64,000 nt of DNA from Parvibaculaceae bacterium (GTDB lineage Bacteria > Pseudomonadota > Alphaproteobacteria > RS24), in contig OZ244774.1 in the NCBI GenBank assembly GCA_965219485.1, forward strand, positions 503,093 to 567,092. The letters are read 5' to 3'. Positions 1 to 10,054 of the stretch are shown here, in pieces; the first letter of the stretch is position 1, and each line of letters starts with the position of its first letter. The notes beneath the pieces were generated by a model that saw nothing but the letters and a program-made list of their open reading frames with translations, was not told where the DNA came from and ran no database searches. The translations under genes were made by a program, and so were the position numbers.

Positions 1-1956
1 GACGGCGTAGCAGGCAATGAGGACGTCTATAGCGGCGGTGGTGATATAGATATCGATCGCACGGGCGACGTCGAGAAAAACGCAGATGGTATCAATGTGG
101 CCAAGGCGGACGGCAGAATTGATGAGCGCGATTTAGGCGCGCTTCCGAGTATTACGGGTGACGTAAACTTTGGCTCTGGTGATAATGAGTTCAAGCTTTT
201 GGCCGGTAACATGCGCGGCAACATCAGCTTCGGCGGCGGGGCCGACAGTCTTCTGATTGGCAATTCAATAGACGACGACGCGAATAGCGAAGACGATATA
301 GATGGCAATGAATATACAGCGCCGGTTACAACTTTTGTTGGGGCGATACAAAAAGGCGCGGGCTCTTTAACGATTGCTCTGGGTGGGCAAGACGCGAATA
401 TTGCTGCCGAGAAAACGCAATTGCATTTTGTTCGCCAAGAAGGACGAGATTTAAATGCCGATGGCGATGATGCCGATGTCGGCGAAGACCTAGAAGGTCT
501 TGATATCGCTTCCCTGACGCTCGGCGAAAAAGCTGATTTGCGCTTCACTGTTTCCCCCGAGTTCCTAACCGGCGCTATTTTAGATGTAGACAGCTTGTCC
601 ATCGGCGCGGACGCCACTATCTCGCCTTTCATCACAAGCCTGCCTGGCGTGGATGGAAATGGTGATTTTGAAATTCGCACCATCAAGCTCATCGAGTCGA
701 GTTCAGACTTAAGCAGTCTCAACATCAGCGATAGTCTGCAAGAAGAAGGCCATCCCTATATTTACAATGTCTCTTTAGAGGTAGACACGACAGGCGCCAA
801 GGATGTGATACAGGCGGACTTTGCAATCAAAACAGCCAGTGAACTCGGCTTAAACGCAACCGAAGGCTCAGCTTGGCCTGCTGTTATCAGTCATTTCCGT
901 TCCGATGAAACGCTAGAGGCGGTGCTTAGTTTGATCACCGATGGCGATGAGTTTGATGCTTATTATGATCAATTGCTCCCTCAGTATGGCGATGGCACGA
1001 TGAAGCAATTAGCCAGCCTTAGCGAAGCCGCAACGGGGGCCGTCGGCCAGCATTTGCAAATTGTAGGTGCCGGTGGGCGCCGCGATGGCGATGGTTGGGT
1101 GCAGCAATTTGGCGACTATCGCAAGCAAGACGCGACCCAAGAAACAGACACGGTGAGCGGCACGAGCTACGGCATGGCGTTAGGCTATGACGCGCCAGCC
1201 GGCTTTGCCGAAGCCGTGGGTATGTATGCCCAAATGAGCTTCACTTCGGTGCATGAAAAGCCGAGCCTATTGCCCAATGCGATTGCGCCTGGCCGCGACG
1301 AAGTGAAGGCCGAGAGTTTTGGGGTTGGCGCGTATATGGCAGATAAAATTGGGCCCGTACGATACGAGCTCAGTGCGGCTGCGGGGTCGATTGCTTTCGA
1401 CAGTTTGCGCAGCGTTCAGTTTAACGGCGTCAGTGATGTGTTAGCCGCAGCTTGGGATGGAGCTTCCACTTCGGCGTCGGCGCGGGTGATTTATCCTATT
1501 CTCGAGGATGACCATTTGTTGCGCATTGAAGCGGGTCGCGATTACTTCTCGCTAAAGCAGGATGATTACACAGAGCGCACGCTCCTTACCGTCGGCCGAG
1601 ATCTCGCTTTGCGGGTGCGCGGCGGCAACTCAGATATGACTAGCGATTACATCGGTGTGCGCGGCAGCCTCGTGCGCGGCGGCGGCAGCCCGAGCGACAT
1701 CGTTTGGGAGCCAAACTACTATTTGGGCTTTCGCAGCGTCGACAATTACTCGGCCTATAGCGCCAAAGCCAATTTCGTCGGCAATGACGTCGTGTTTGAT
1801 TTGAAATCGCAAGACGAAATTTCCGACACCACCGAGCTAGGTCTCGGGGTTGCGGCGCATAATGATTATTTCGCATTTGAATTTAATTATCGCGGCAAAT
1901 TCGGCGATGGCGAAGAAGTGCATGGCGGCGGTATTTCTGTCCGCTTGTTGTTCTAG
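1..1956 (+). CDS. Autotransporter outer-membrane protein, C-terminal part (gene starts upstream of the window)
   Basis: Frame 1 is open from nt 1, with no stop before the GTG at 97 used by the ORF track, so the gene is cut by the window edge. Gly/Asp/Asn-rich passenger-like segments (GDVNFGSGDNEF, ISFGGGADSLLIGNS) precede a C-terminal region with alternating beta-strand pattern (YGMALGYD, FGVGAYM). It ends ...GGGISVRLLF with a terminal Phe, as in autotransporter beta-barrel domains. Confidence 0.75.
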   Translation, partial: DGVAGNEDVYSGGGDIDIDRTGDVEKNADGINVAKADGRIDERDLGALPSITGDVNFGSGDNEFKLLAGNMRGNISFGGGADSLLIGNSIDDDANSEDDIDGNEYTAPVTTFVGAIQKGAGSLTIALGGQDANIAAEKTQLHFVRQEGRDLNADGDDADVGEDLEGLDIASLTLGEKADLRFTVSPEFLTGAILDVDSLSIGADATISPFITSLPGVDGNGDFEIRTIKLIESSSDLSSLNISDSLQEEGHPYIYNVSLEVDTTGAKDVIQADFAIKTASELGLNATEGSAWPAVISHFRSDETLEAVLSLITDGDEFDAYYDQLLPQYGDGTMKQLASLSEAATGAVGQHLQIVGAGGRRDGDGWVQQFGDYRKQDATQETDTVSGTSYGMALGYDAPAGFAEAVGMYAQMSFTSVHEKPSLLPNAIAPGRDEVKAESFGVGAYMADKIGPVRYELSAAAGSIAFDSLRSVQFNGVSDVLAAAWDGASTSASARVIYPILEDDHLLRIEAGRDYFSLKQDDYTERTLLTVGRDLALRVRGGNSDMTSDYIGVRGSLVRGGGSPSDIVWEPNYYLGFRSVDNYSAYSAKANFVGNDVVFDLKSQDEISDTTELGLGVAAHNDYFAFEFNYRGKFGDGEEVHGGGISVRLLF

Positions 1957-1962
1957 GGCCGC

Positions 1963-2643
1963 CTAAAGCGCGTCGAATAATCCTGGCTTCAAGCGTTTTG
2001 CGGCCGCGGCAAATTCTGAAAAATCATCGATGATGGCATCTGCTTGCAGCTCGTCTAGGCTGACACGGCGATAGCCAAAGCTCATACAAATGGACGCCAC
2101 GTTCGCGGCCATAGCGCCGCCAGTATCGGCTTCACTATCGCCCACCATAATGGCGTCTTGCGGGCTTGCGTTAAGGCGCTTTAAGGCTTCTTCGATTGTG
2201 TCTGGATCTGGTTTGCGTTTCGGCAAAGTGTCGCCGCCAACCAGCACATCGAAATAGCTATGGATGCCAAGGCGAAACAATAATTTGGCCGATAAGCTCT
2301 CGCGTTTATTAGTGACAACCCCCATCAAAATACCGCCAGCGCGGGCGGCGTCTAAAATTGGCATGAGGTTGGGAAACAGTTTGGTGTGGTCGTCGATGTT
2401 TTGGTCGTAATATAAAACAAACTCTTCGGTCGCGGCATCCAGTTGATCGTCTGGCCATGTGACGCCGTTCTCTAGCAGGCCACGTTGCAAAATAACCCGC
2501 GCGCCGCCGCCGATGAGATTTTGTGTGGCGTCTCCAGAAACCTCGTCCAATCCGTTCTTGCGCAGAATATAATTCATCGCGGCATGTAAATCGGGCTTTG
2601 TATCGGCAAGGGTTCCGTCGAGGTCAAAAAGCAGAGCAGCCAT
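1963..2643 (-). CDS. gph: HAD-superfamily hydrolase, phosphoglycolate phosphatase-like
   Basis: HAD motif I LFDLDGTLADT follows the internal Met directly, so I place the start at 2643. The track start at 2691 adds 16 unsupported residues. VTNK and GDSEADTGGAMAANV match HAD motifs III/IV. Substrate assignment is inferred only from Gph-like motif spacing. Confidence 0.7.
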   Translation of the reverse strand: MAALLFDLDGTLADTKPDLHAAMNYILRKNGLDEVSGDATQNLIGGGARVILQRGLLENGVTWPDDQLDAATEEFVLYYDQNIDDHTKLFPNLMPILDAARAGGILMGVVTNKRESLSAKLLFRLGIHSYFDVLVGGDTLPKRKPDPDTIEEALKRLNASPQDAIMVGDSEADTGGAMAANVASICMSFGYRRVSLDELQADAIIDDFSEFAAAAKRLKPGLFDAL

Positions 2644-2705
2644 GGCGTATCCTATTGTTGAGATATATGTTGGAGCTTCGATGGGGCTCATGCTACATCC
2701 GATTC

Positions 2706-3581
2706 ATGGCGCTACGACATCTTTTTCTCATGTTCATCATCTGCTTGGTTTGGGGCTTCACTTTTGTGGCTGGCAAAGCGGGTGTGACGGAAATTCCACC
2801 AATGCTGTTTACAGCGCTTCGGTATCTTTTACTGTCGCTTCTGCTGTTTCCTTTCTTGCAAATTGTCTCTGGCAAAATGCCACAGGTTATTTTCATTTCC
2901 ATTGCCATGGGCTCGGCGCATTTCTCTCTTTTTTATGGCGGCATGTCGATTGCCGACAATGTGTCCTCCATCGCCGTGGCAACACAATTGGGCGTGCCGA
3001 TTAGCACCATCATGTCGATTATATTTTTAAACGAGCAGGTTGGCTGGCGGCGTTGGATGGGGATTGCCATGTCGTTTGGCGGCGCGGTTATCATCAGCTT
3101 CGACCCCGCTATCATTAGCGAGCGGCTAGGGCTTCTCATGGTTGTCGGGGCCGCTTTCATCGGCTCGGCTGGCACCATTGTGATGAAGCAAATCAAGCAT
3201 ACAGGCGTCTATCAAATGCAGGCCTGGATTGCCGTGCTGAGTTGGCCACCCTTGATTGCTTTGTCGCTCATTTTTGAGAACAACCATGTCGAGGTTCTCC
3301 AAAACGCCAGTTGGATGGCTTGGGGAGGCGTGGTTTATACCGCCGTTGGCGCTAGCTTGATTGGCCATGCGGGCATGTATTATTTGCTGCAACGCTACGA
3401 CGTTTCGGTCACCTCGCCGTTGACGCTAATGGCACCAATTTTCGGCATTCTATCGGGCGTTATTTTCTGGGGCGACCAATTGGGGGTTCGTTTCTGGATT
3501 GGTGGCGGCCTCGCTTTGCTTGGCGTGTTGATTATCGGGTTAAGAAAGCGCGAGGTTGCGCACGCGGGGAACGTGCTATGA
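2706..3581 (+). CDS. EamA/DMT-family transporter
   Basis: Highly hydrophobic ~290-aa protein with about 10 predicted TM segments in two EamA-like halves. The start is moved to ATG 2706 (MALRHLFLMF...) because the track start at 2523 overlaps the divergent gph gene. Confidence 0.8.
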   Translation: MALRHLFLMFIICLVWGFTFVAGKAGVTEIPPMLFTALRYLLLSLLLFPFLQIVSGKMPQVIFISIAMGSAHFSLFYGGMSIADNVSSIAVATQLGVPISTIMSIIFLNEQVGWRRWMGIAMSFGGAVIISFDPAIISERLGLLMVVGAAFIGSAGTIVMKQIKHTGVYQMQAWIAVLSWPPLIALSLIFENNHVEVLQNASWMAWGGVVYTAVGASLIGHAGMYYLLQRYDVSVTSPLTLMAPIFGILSGVIFWGDQLGVRFWIGGGLALLGVLIIGLRKREVAHAGNVL

Positions 3582-4360
3582 AGCAGAGCCGGCTAACTCC
3601 AGTCCAAATTCAAGCTTCGCCCAATCATGATGCGCGCGCCAAAAAACTGAGCCATATTGTTTTGCATTATACCAATATGGAAAGCGCACAAGCCGCGCTT
3701 GAGCGCATGTGCGACCCTGTCGCGAAAGTCTCAGCTCATTATCTCATTCATCGCGATGGTCAGATTGTGCAAATGGTCGACGAGAGCCGTCGCGCTTGGC
3801 ACGCGGGCGTGTCTTCTTGGCAGGGGGAAAGCGATATGAATTCTGCCTCCATAGGCATTGAGCTAGACCATAAAGGCCATGACGAGCAGGGCCATATGAG
3901 CGTCTTCCCCGAAGCGCAAAGACAGGCACTTTACGCGCTTTTGAAAGATGTCATCGACCGAAACAACCTCGACCCGCGCCATGTGATTGGCCATAGCGAT
4001 ATTGCGCCGGGCCGCAAAATAGACCCGGGCGAGGCCTTCGATTGGGCTGAATTGCATGCGGCGGGGTTTGGTATTTGGTTGCCAAATGTGAAACTAGAAT
4101 CGGTAGCGGCTTTGCCATCCGAGGCGCCGCGGGCGCAAGCAGCGATACGGCCTTTGCAAAAAGCACTGGCTGCTTTTGGCTATCTTATCGAAGCCGACGG
4201 TATTTATGGCGAGCCGATGCACGCTGTGGTCGCCGCCTTCCAGCGCCATTTTCGGCCAAGCCTGGTGAATGGCATTGCCGACGCCGAGACCCAAAGTCTG
4301 ATTTATGCCTATTGTCGTGCCAGTCTCGCCAAACCAGAAGCAGGTCCAGAAGCAGGTTGA
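3578..4360 (+). CDS. ampD: N-acetylmuramoyl-L-alanine amidase (amidase_2, AmpD/AmiD type) with C-terminal peptidoglycan-binding repeat
   Basis: Motifs IVLHYT, AHYLI, AWHAG, ELDHKG and GHSDIAPGRKIDPG are present. The C-terminal LQKALAAFGYLIEADGIYG resembles PG_binding_1. ATGA start/stop overlap with the preceding transporter gene. No signal peptide is visible. Confidence 0.75.
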   Translation: MKQSRLTPVQIQASPNHDARAKKLSHIVLHYTNMESAQAALERMCDPVAKVSAHYLIHRDGQIVQMVDESRRAWHAGVSSWQGESDMNSASIGIELDHKGHDEQGHMSVFPEAQRQALYALLKDVIDRNNLDPRHVIGHSDIAPGRKIDPGEAFDWAELHAAGFGIWLPNVKLESVAALPSEAPRAQAAIRPLQKALAAFGYLIEADGIYGEPMHAVVAAFQRHFRPSLVNGIADAETQSLIYAYCRASLAKPEAGPEAG

Positions 4361-4373
4361 GTCATATGCTCTC

Positions 4374-4402
4374 TTGACGCTTGGGCTTTCGAGGCGTAAG
4401 CA
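4374..4402 (+). promoter_or_regulatory. Putative sigma70-type promoter of rnpB
   Basis: TTGACG (4374-4379), an exact 17-nt spacer and TAAGCA (4397-4402) put the predicted start 7-8 nt downstream. That coincides with the first nucleotide of the RNase P P1 stem (4410). Confidence 0.45.
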
Positions 4403-4409
4403 AAAAAAC

Positions 4410-4770
<361 letters not shown>

Positions 4771-4859
4771 TTTTTTCAAAATCCACAACATGTAGCGATA
4801 TCGGCAATCGGCCTGCCCATATCTGCCCGTTTGCGCGCGCAAATGCCCTCCAAATTCCA

Positions 4860-4899
4860 TTGACACCCATACTTGCCCATGCTATCCCAAGTAATCCCA
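4860..4899 (+). promoter_or_regulatory. Putative dcw (mraZ) promoter -35 box plus 4x CCCA array at 10-bp phasing (candidate MraZ operator)
   Basis: TTGACA lies at 4860-4865. CCCA occurs at 4866-69, 4876-79, 4886-89 and 4896-99, spaced exactly 10 bp apart, about 70-100 nt upstream of the mraZ ATG. Confidence 0.45.
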
Positions 4900-4969
4900 T
4901 ATAAGACCACGCAAACAAGGGGTGGGAGTGTCGCGCCCGAAGCGCTGACAAACGAAGGAGGAAGCCGAC

Positions 4970-5494
4970 ATGGCCACGTTCATGTCTACAGTCACGAGCA
5001 AGATAGACGCCAAGGGTCGCGTCTCGGTTCCGTCTGTCTTCCGTTCGGCGATTATCGCCCAAAACAATTCGCAAAATTCTGGCCCAGCCGCGCCCCATGA
5101 TGGGCCGCATGGTATTTTTGTTTATCCGTCTTTCACCGAAGCGGCGATTGAAGGCGGCGGGCAGTCGCTGATGAGCGACATTGGCGCCATGGTCGAGCGC
5201 CTCGATTTATTCACCGAAGAGCGTGATGCTTTGGCCGCCTCTTTGTTTGCCGATAGCCATCACTTAACGTTTGATGCGGATGGTCGGGTTTCTTTGCCGG
5301 CGCCTTTATTGGCGCATGCGGGCGTTGAAAAAGAGCTGATGTTTGTGGGTCTTGGAACCAAATTCCAGATTTGGAATCCAGCCAGTTACGCCGACTTTAG
5401 ATCGAAAGCACGCGCTATGGCGCTGCAACAAAGGGGGTTGTTGCGATCGCTTTCATCGCCGCCTCCCGCGCCGCCGGGTGAGGGCAAGCAATGA
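4970..5494 (+). CDS. mraZ: Transcriptional regulator MraZ
   Basis: N-terminus ...KIDAKGRVSVPSVFR and a second SpoVT/AbrB-like half (DADGRVSLPAPLLAHAG). It is the first gene of the dcw cluster. Confidence 0.93.
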   Translation: MATFMSTVTSKIDAKGRVSVPSVFRSAIIAQNNSQNSGPAAPHDGPHGIFVYPSFTEAAIEGGGQSLMSDIGAMVERLDLFTEERDALAASLFADSHHLTFDADGRVSLPAPLLAHAGVEKELMFVGLGTKFQIWNPASYADFRSKARAMALQQRGLLRSLSSPPPAPPGEGKQ

Positions 5495-6534
5495 GTAGCG
5501 GGGGTGACGTGTTCAATAGGCAGCAAGCTAGCGTGCCCCCGGTTTCCGCTCCCCATATTTCTGTACTCTTGCACGAAGTAGTGGGCGCTCTGGCACCCCA
5601 AGCCAATGAAACCCATGTCGATGGCACTTTCGGGGCGGGCGGTTACACCAAAGCTTTATTGCAAGCGGCGGATTGCACTGTGGTGGCAATCGACCGTGAC
5701 CCAGACACAAAAAAACATGCCGATGCGCTGGCTGCTGAATTCGGTTCGCGCCTAATTTACCTCTCTGGCTGTTTTGGCGATATGGATCGCCTGTTGCCAG
5801 AGGCCGGCCAGCCGCAAGTGGATGGCGTGACGCTTGATTTGGGCGTTTCTTCCATGCAGTTAGATGAGGCTGAACGTGGATTTTCGTTCATGCGCGATGG
5901 GCCGCTGGATATGCGGATGAGCCAGAGCGGGCAAAGTGCTGCGGAATTATTAAACCAAGCTGAGCCAGATTTGCTGAGCGATATCTTGCATGTTTATGGC
6001 GAAGAGAAACGCGCCCGCGCCATTACCAAGGCCATTGTTGCTCGCCGCGCCGAGACGCCTTTTGCCACCACCCAAGATTTGGTGGATGTAGTTATTTCGG
6101 TTTTGGGCGCGCCACGCTTTGGTAAATCGCATCCGGCCACGCGCACGTTTCAGGCCATTCGGATTTATCTCAATGATGAATTGGGCGAGCTATTGCGCGG
6201 TCTGCAAGCGGCGGAGCAAATCCTCAAGCCGGGCGGTCGTTTGGCGGTTGTAACCTTTCATTCGCTAGAAGACCGCATGGTGAAGCAATTTTTCAGCCCG
6301 CGCACAGGTCGCTCAGGGCGTCCATCGCGCCATCAGCCAGATGTGGAAATGGCGCCACCAAGTTTTGCCGAACCTGTAAAGCGCACCATCAAGGCGAGTG
6401 CATCCGAGATTGAAGATAATCCGCGCTCGCGTTCGGCGCGTCTGCGGGTGGCGCTTCGCACAAAGGCGCCCGCCTTTCCCGAAAGTGGTGATTTAATGCC
6501 CCGCCGCGCCCCTCAAATTGAGGTGCGCGGATGA
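5491..6534 (+). CDS. rsmH: 16S rRNA (cytosine1402-N4)-methyltransferase RsmH
   Basis: Motifs HISVLLHEV, DGTFGAGGYT, GVTLDLGVSSMQLD, RGFSF, VTFHSLEDR and NPRSRSARLR. It overlaps the mraZ stop (ATGA). Confidence 0.95.
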   Translation: MSSGGDVFNRQQASVPPVSAPHISVLLHEVVGALAPQANETHVDGTFGAGGYTKALLQAADCTVVAIDRDPDTKKHADALAAEFGSRLIYLSGCFGDMDRLLPEAGQPQVDGVTLDLGVSSMQLDEAERGFSFMRDGPLDMRMSQSGQSAAELLNQAEPDLLSDILHVYGEEKRARAITKAIVARRAETPFATTQDLVDVVISVLGAPRFGKSHPATRTFQAIRIYLNDELGELLRGLQAAEQILKPGGRLAVVTFHSLEDRMVKQFFSPRTGRSGRPSRHQPDVEMAPPSFAEPVKRTIKASASEIEDNPRSRSARLRVALRTKAPAFPESGDLMPRRAPQIEVRG

Positions 6535-6866
6535 TACGCTGGATAAATATATCTTTGTGTCTTTTGCTGGTCTTGTGCATTGCCGCGCTTTACCACATTC
6601 GCTATTCGGCAGAAGCCGAGGCGCGCGGCGTGCGGCAGGTGGAGCAAAAAATTAATCGCGAGTTGGACCGCCAGCGCACCTTGCGCGCCGAATGGAGCAG
6701 CCTGAACGACCCGCGTCGTTTGCAATTGCTATCGCGCCATTATTTGCAATTAGGCCATCTGCGCTTGTCACAAGTCGAAGATATGCGCACGCAGGAAACG
6801 CAGACCATTCCTGTGATGCTCGTGCCCAGCAACGTCAATGCGGGAGGCGCTCATGAGCCGCGCTAA
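6531..6866 (+). CDS. ftsL: Cell division protein FtsL (alphaproteobacterial type)
   Basis: 111-aa bitopic protein with one N-terminal TM (INISLCLLLVLCIAALY) followed by a coiled-coil-like segment. It occupies the canonical position between rsmH and ftsI. Confidence 0.8.
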   Translation: MIRWINISLCLLLVLCIAALYHIRYSAEAEARGVRQVEQKINRELDRQRTLRAEWSSLNDPRRLQLLSRHYLQLGHLRLSQVEDMRTQETQTIPVMLVPSNVNAGGAHEPR

Positions 6867-8589
6867 ACTTCCCGTCGTTGCGGCAGGGCGCGATTGGGCG
6901 GCCGTCTTGGGCGGACGCTTGAGCGGTGGTCCAGGAGATTTGTCCGAGCATGCCGTCGAGGTGACCCGCAATCGCTTGCGTTTGGCGCTTACCTGCTTCG
7001 TCATCGTGTTTGGTGTTTTAGCTGGGCGCTTGGTGCAGCTCACGGTTTTGGAAAACCAGCCCGCGTGGCAGGCTGGCGCGCAGAAACAAAAACAAATGGT
7101 GCGCCCCACTATTTTAGATCGCAATGGCGTGGTCTTGGCGACGCAAATCTCTACCGTAACGCTGGGCGCAGATGTTGCGATGATTGACGATGGCCCGCAA
7201 ATGGCGGCGCGCTTGAAACAGATTTTGCCTGACTTAAACCAAGCTCGTGCCGCGCGTTTGATGTCGGGTAAAGATCGCTATGTTGAATTGGAAACAGGCC
7301 TTACGCCAGCCCAGAAGCAAGCCACTTTGGCTTTTGGCGATCCGGCCTTGAAACTGACCCGCGCTAGCAGTCGGGTCTATCCGACGGGTCATGTGATGGC
7401 CCATAGCGTTGGGTTCACCAGCTCCGACATGCGCGGCCTTTTAGGGCTCGAGTTATATCTCGATCGGTTGATCGAAGACGAGGGTTTTGAGGGCGTGTTT
7501 GAAAGCAGCCTAGACGTGCGCGTGCAACATAATGTGCGTGACGTTTTACAAGAAGCGATGGTCAAATATCAAGCCAAAGCGGCAGGCGCCATTATGGTGG
7601 ATGTGCATTCGGGCGAAGTTATCTCATTGGTGTCGCTGCCTGATTTTGATGCCAATGACGCAATGGCGCAGGGCCGCGAACCGCATTTCAATCGGATGAC
7701 TTCGGGCGTTTATGAGCTCGGTTCTATTTTCAAAGTATTCACGGCAGCCATGGCCTTAGACACAGGTCTAGTGGCGGAGGACGAGGGCTTTGACACCCGC
7801 GAGCCGATAAAAGTTGGCCGCAAGGTCTTTGAAGATGACCATGGCCAAGAGCGCATTTTATCGATAGATGAGGTTATCATTCACTCGTCGAATATTGGTG
7901 CCGTTCAAATGGCTATGCGGGTACCGGCAGATGTGCATTACGAATTTTTTGGCAAACTTGGTTTCTTAGACTCTGTGCCTTTCGAGTTGCTTGAAAGTGC
8001 CGAGCCTATCGTGCCAACCCGTTGGACGGACATTGAGCGCGCGACGTCTTCCTTTGGTTACAGTTTTTCGGTCTCGCCCCTCGCTGCTGTTATGGCAGGC
8101 GCGGCGATGGTCAATGGCGGTGTTCTGTACGAGCCGAGCTTGCGCAAAGTTGGCCTGCCAGTGGGCCAGCGAATTATCGCGGCGGAAACCAGCCGCTCGT
8201 TGCGCCGGATGATGCGCTCGGTCGTGACCCATGGCACGGCGCGCCAAGCCGAGGTGCCTGGGTATCAAATTTTGGGCAAAACCGGTACAGCCGAAAAGCA
8301 CATCGTGGGCGGGTATAATAAAGAGGCCTTAAGGACTTCGTTTTTAGGCGCATTTCCAGCTCGCGCGCCACGCTACGCGATGCTGGTCATGCTGGATGAG
8401 CCGCAAGGTCATGCGGAAACTTATGGGCTCAATTCAGCTGGTTGGAATGCGGCACCAGCGGCGGGCGAGATTGTGCGTCGCACGGCCAGTCTTTTGGGTG
8501 TCTTGCCGCGTGCCGAAGTTCCTGCAGAGCAAGCGGCTGTGAAACCGACACATCAATCTGTCGAGGAGGTGGCTTATGCGCCTCGATGA
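6838..8589 (+). CDS. ftsI: Peptidoglycan D,D-transpeptidase FtsI (PBP3)
   Basis: N-terminal TM anchor, a PBP dimerisation region and the transpeptidase motifs SIFK (SxxK), HSSN (SxN) and KTGT. An alternative in-frame ATG lies at 6853. Confidence 0.9.
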   Translation: MREALMSRAKLPVVAAGRDWAAVLGGRLSGGPGDLSEHAVEVTRNRLRLALTCFVIVFGVLAGRLVQLTVLENQPAWQAGAQKQKQMVRPTILDRNGVVLATQISTVTLGADVAMIDDGPQMAARLKQILPDLNQARAARLMSGKDRYVELETGLTPAQKQATLAFGDPALKLTRASSRVYPTGHVMAHSVGFTSSDMRGLLGLELYLDRLIEDEGFEGVFESSLDVRVQHNVRDVLQEAMVKYQAKAAGAIMVDVHSGEVISLVSLPDFDANDAMAQGREPHFNRMTSGVYELGSIFKVFTAAMALDTGLVAEDEGFDTREPIKVGRKVFEDDHGQERILSIDEVIIHSSNIGAVQMAMRVPADVHYEFFGKLGFLDSVPFELLESAEPIVPTRWTDIERATSSFGYSFSVSPLAAVMAGAAMVNGGVLYEPSLRKVGLPVGQRIIAAETSRSLRRMMRSVVTHGTARQAEVPGYQILGKTGTAEKHIVGGYNKEALRTSFLGAFPARAPRYAMLVMLDEPQGHAETYGLNSAGWNAAPAAGEIVRRTASLLGVLPRAEVPAEQAAVKPTHQSVEEVAYAPR

Positions 8590-10054
8590 ATTAAGCCGCA
8601 ACTCAAACCTAACTGGCAAAGGTGGCGTGCCCTCACCAGACGTGCGCGGCCTCAGCGCCGATAGCCGCACGGTGCAGCCGGGATATTTATTTGCCGCGCT
8701 GCCGGGCACAAAAGTCGATGGTCAGGCGTTCATCAGCCAAGCGATTGAAAATGGGGCGACGGCGGTATTGGCCAGCGAGCCTTTGCTGGCCCAACCCTTG
8801 CACGCAGATGTGGCTTTCGTAACGAGTGATAATCCACATCGTGATTTGGCCCATATGGCCGCCCGTTTCTTTGAATTTCAACCCGCCCATATTGGCTGCA
8901 TTACCGGCACTAATGGTAAAACCTCGACGGTCAGTTTCTTGCGCCAACTTCTTGCCGCCCAAGGCCATAAGGTTGCGGCCATGGGTACTCTGGGGGTGGA
9001 AGCGGATGGTTATTTTGAGCCCTTGCAACACACAACCCCAGACCCCGTTCGCTTGCATGCGGCCTTACGAGATTTGAGCGCGCATGGCGTCACGCATTTG
9101 GCGATGGAGGCTTCCAGTCATGGCTTGGCGCAGCATCGTATGGATGGCGTGCGGGTCGAAGTGGCGGGATTTACCAATCTATCGCGCGATCATTTGGATT
9201 ATCATGATACGCCGGAAGCCTATGAAGCGGCCAAGCAACGTTTGTTCACGGAGTTGCTGAGCGAGACCGGCACGGCTGTGATTGTGGGCAGTCATGTCTC
9301 TGGTCAACGCTTGCAGGCTGTGTGCGAAACTTATGGTCGTAGCCCTGTGATGGTCGGTCGCCCCGAGGATAGTGTTTTTGTCCAAGTCGAGGCGCGCACG
9401 GCCACGGGCTTACAGATCGAGGTTACCTTGAACGGCCAGTCGCAAAGCCTTGCGGTTCCGCTTATTGGAGATTTTCAAACCGAGAACCTGGCGTTAGCTT
9501 TGGGCATGGCGCAAGCCTTTGGCCTGCAAGACAAAGAATTATTCTCGGCCTGCGCGCATTTGCAAGCGCCGCGTGGCCGTATGCAATTTGTTGGACGCTC
9601 GCAAAATGGCGCCAGTGTTTACGTCGATTATGCTCACACGCCCGATGCGCTCGACAAGGCTCTGGACGCCTTGCGCGGCCATCTTCCGGCGTCTGGTAAT
9701 CTTTCGGTGTTGTTTGGGTGTGGTGGAAATCGCGATGCTGGCAAGCGCCCAGAAATGGGCAAGGTTGCTGCCGCCAAAGCGGATAGCATTTTCGTGACCG
9801 ATGATAACCCGCGCCAAGAAAAAGCCGCGAGCATTCGTGCCGCCATTCTTGCCGCTTGCCCCAAAGCCCAAGAAATTGGCGATCGCGGCGAAGCCATTGG
9901 TGCCATTATTAACGCCGCGCAAAGCGATGATATTGTTCTGCTGGCTGGCAAAGGCCATGAGAGCGGTCAGATTATCGGCGACACAATTTTGCCGTTTGAC
10001 GATGCCATAGTGGCGCAATCCTATCTTTCTGCGAAAGGGGGCCAGCATGGCTAA
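8576..10054 (+). CDS. murE: UDP-N-acetylmuramoyl-L-alanyl-D-glutamate--2,6-diaminopimelate ligase
   Basis: Mur ligase P-loop GITGTNGKTS, plus DSRTVQPGYLFAALPG, DYAHTPDAL and the DNPR motif (VTDDNPRQE) typical of meso-DAP-adding MurE. Confidence 0.95.
   Translation: MRLDELSRNSNLTGKGGVPSPDVRGLSADSRTVQPGYLFAALPGTKVDGQAFISQAIENGATAVLASEPLLAQPLHADVAFVTSDNPHRDLAHMAARFFEFQPAHIGCITGTNGKTSTVSFLRQLLAAQGHKVAAMGTLGVEADGYFEPLQHTTPDPVRLHAALRDLSAHGVTHLAMEASSHGLAQHRMDGVRVEVAGFTNLSRDHLDYHDTPEAYEAAKQRLFTELLSETGTAVIVGSHVSGQRLQAVCETYGRSPVMVGRPEDSVFVQVEARTATGLQIEVTLNGQSQSLAVPLIGDFQTENLALALGMAQAFGLQDKELFSACAHLQAPRGRMQFVGRSQNGASVYVDYAHTPDALDKALDALRGHLPASGNLSVLFGCGGNRDAGKRPEMGKVAAAKADSIFVTDDNPRQEKAASIRAAILAACPKAQEIGDRGEAIGAIINAAQSDDIVLLAGKGHESGQIIGDTILPFDDAIVAQSYLSAKGGQHG

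Noticed and set aside
27-725. 232-aa minus-strand ORF antisense to the autotransporter gene
   Set aside because: Ser/Pro/Ala/Arg-rich shadow ORF with no recognisable motif. It lies entirely inside a plus-strand gene with a clear autotransporter signature, which is typical of antisense frames in GC-rich coding DNA.
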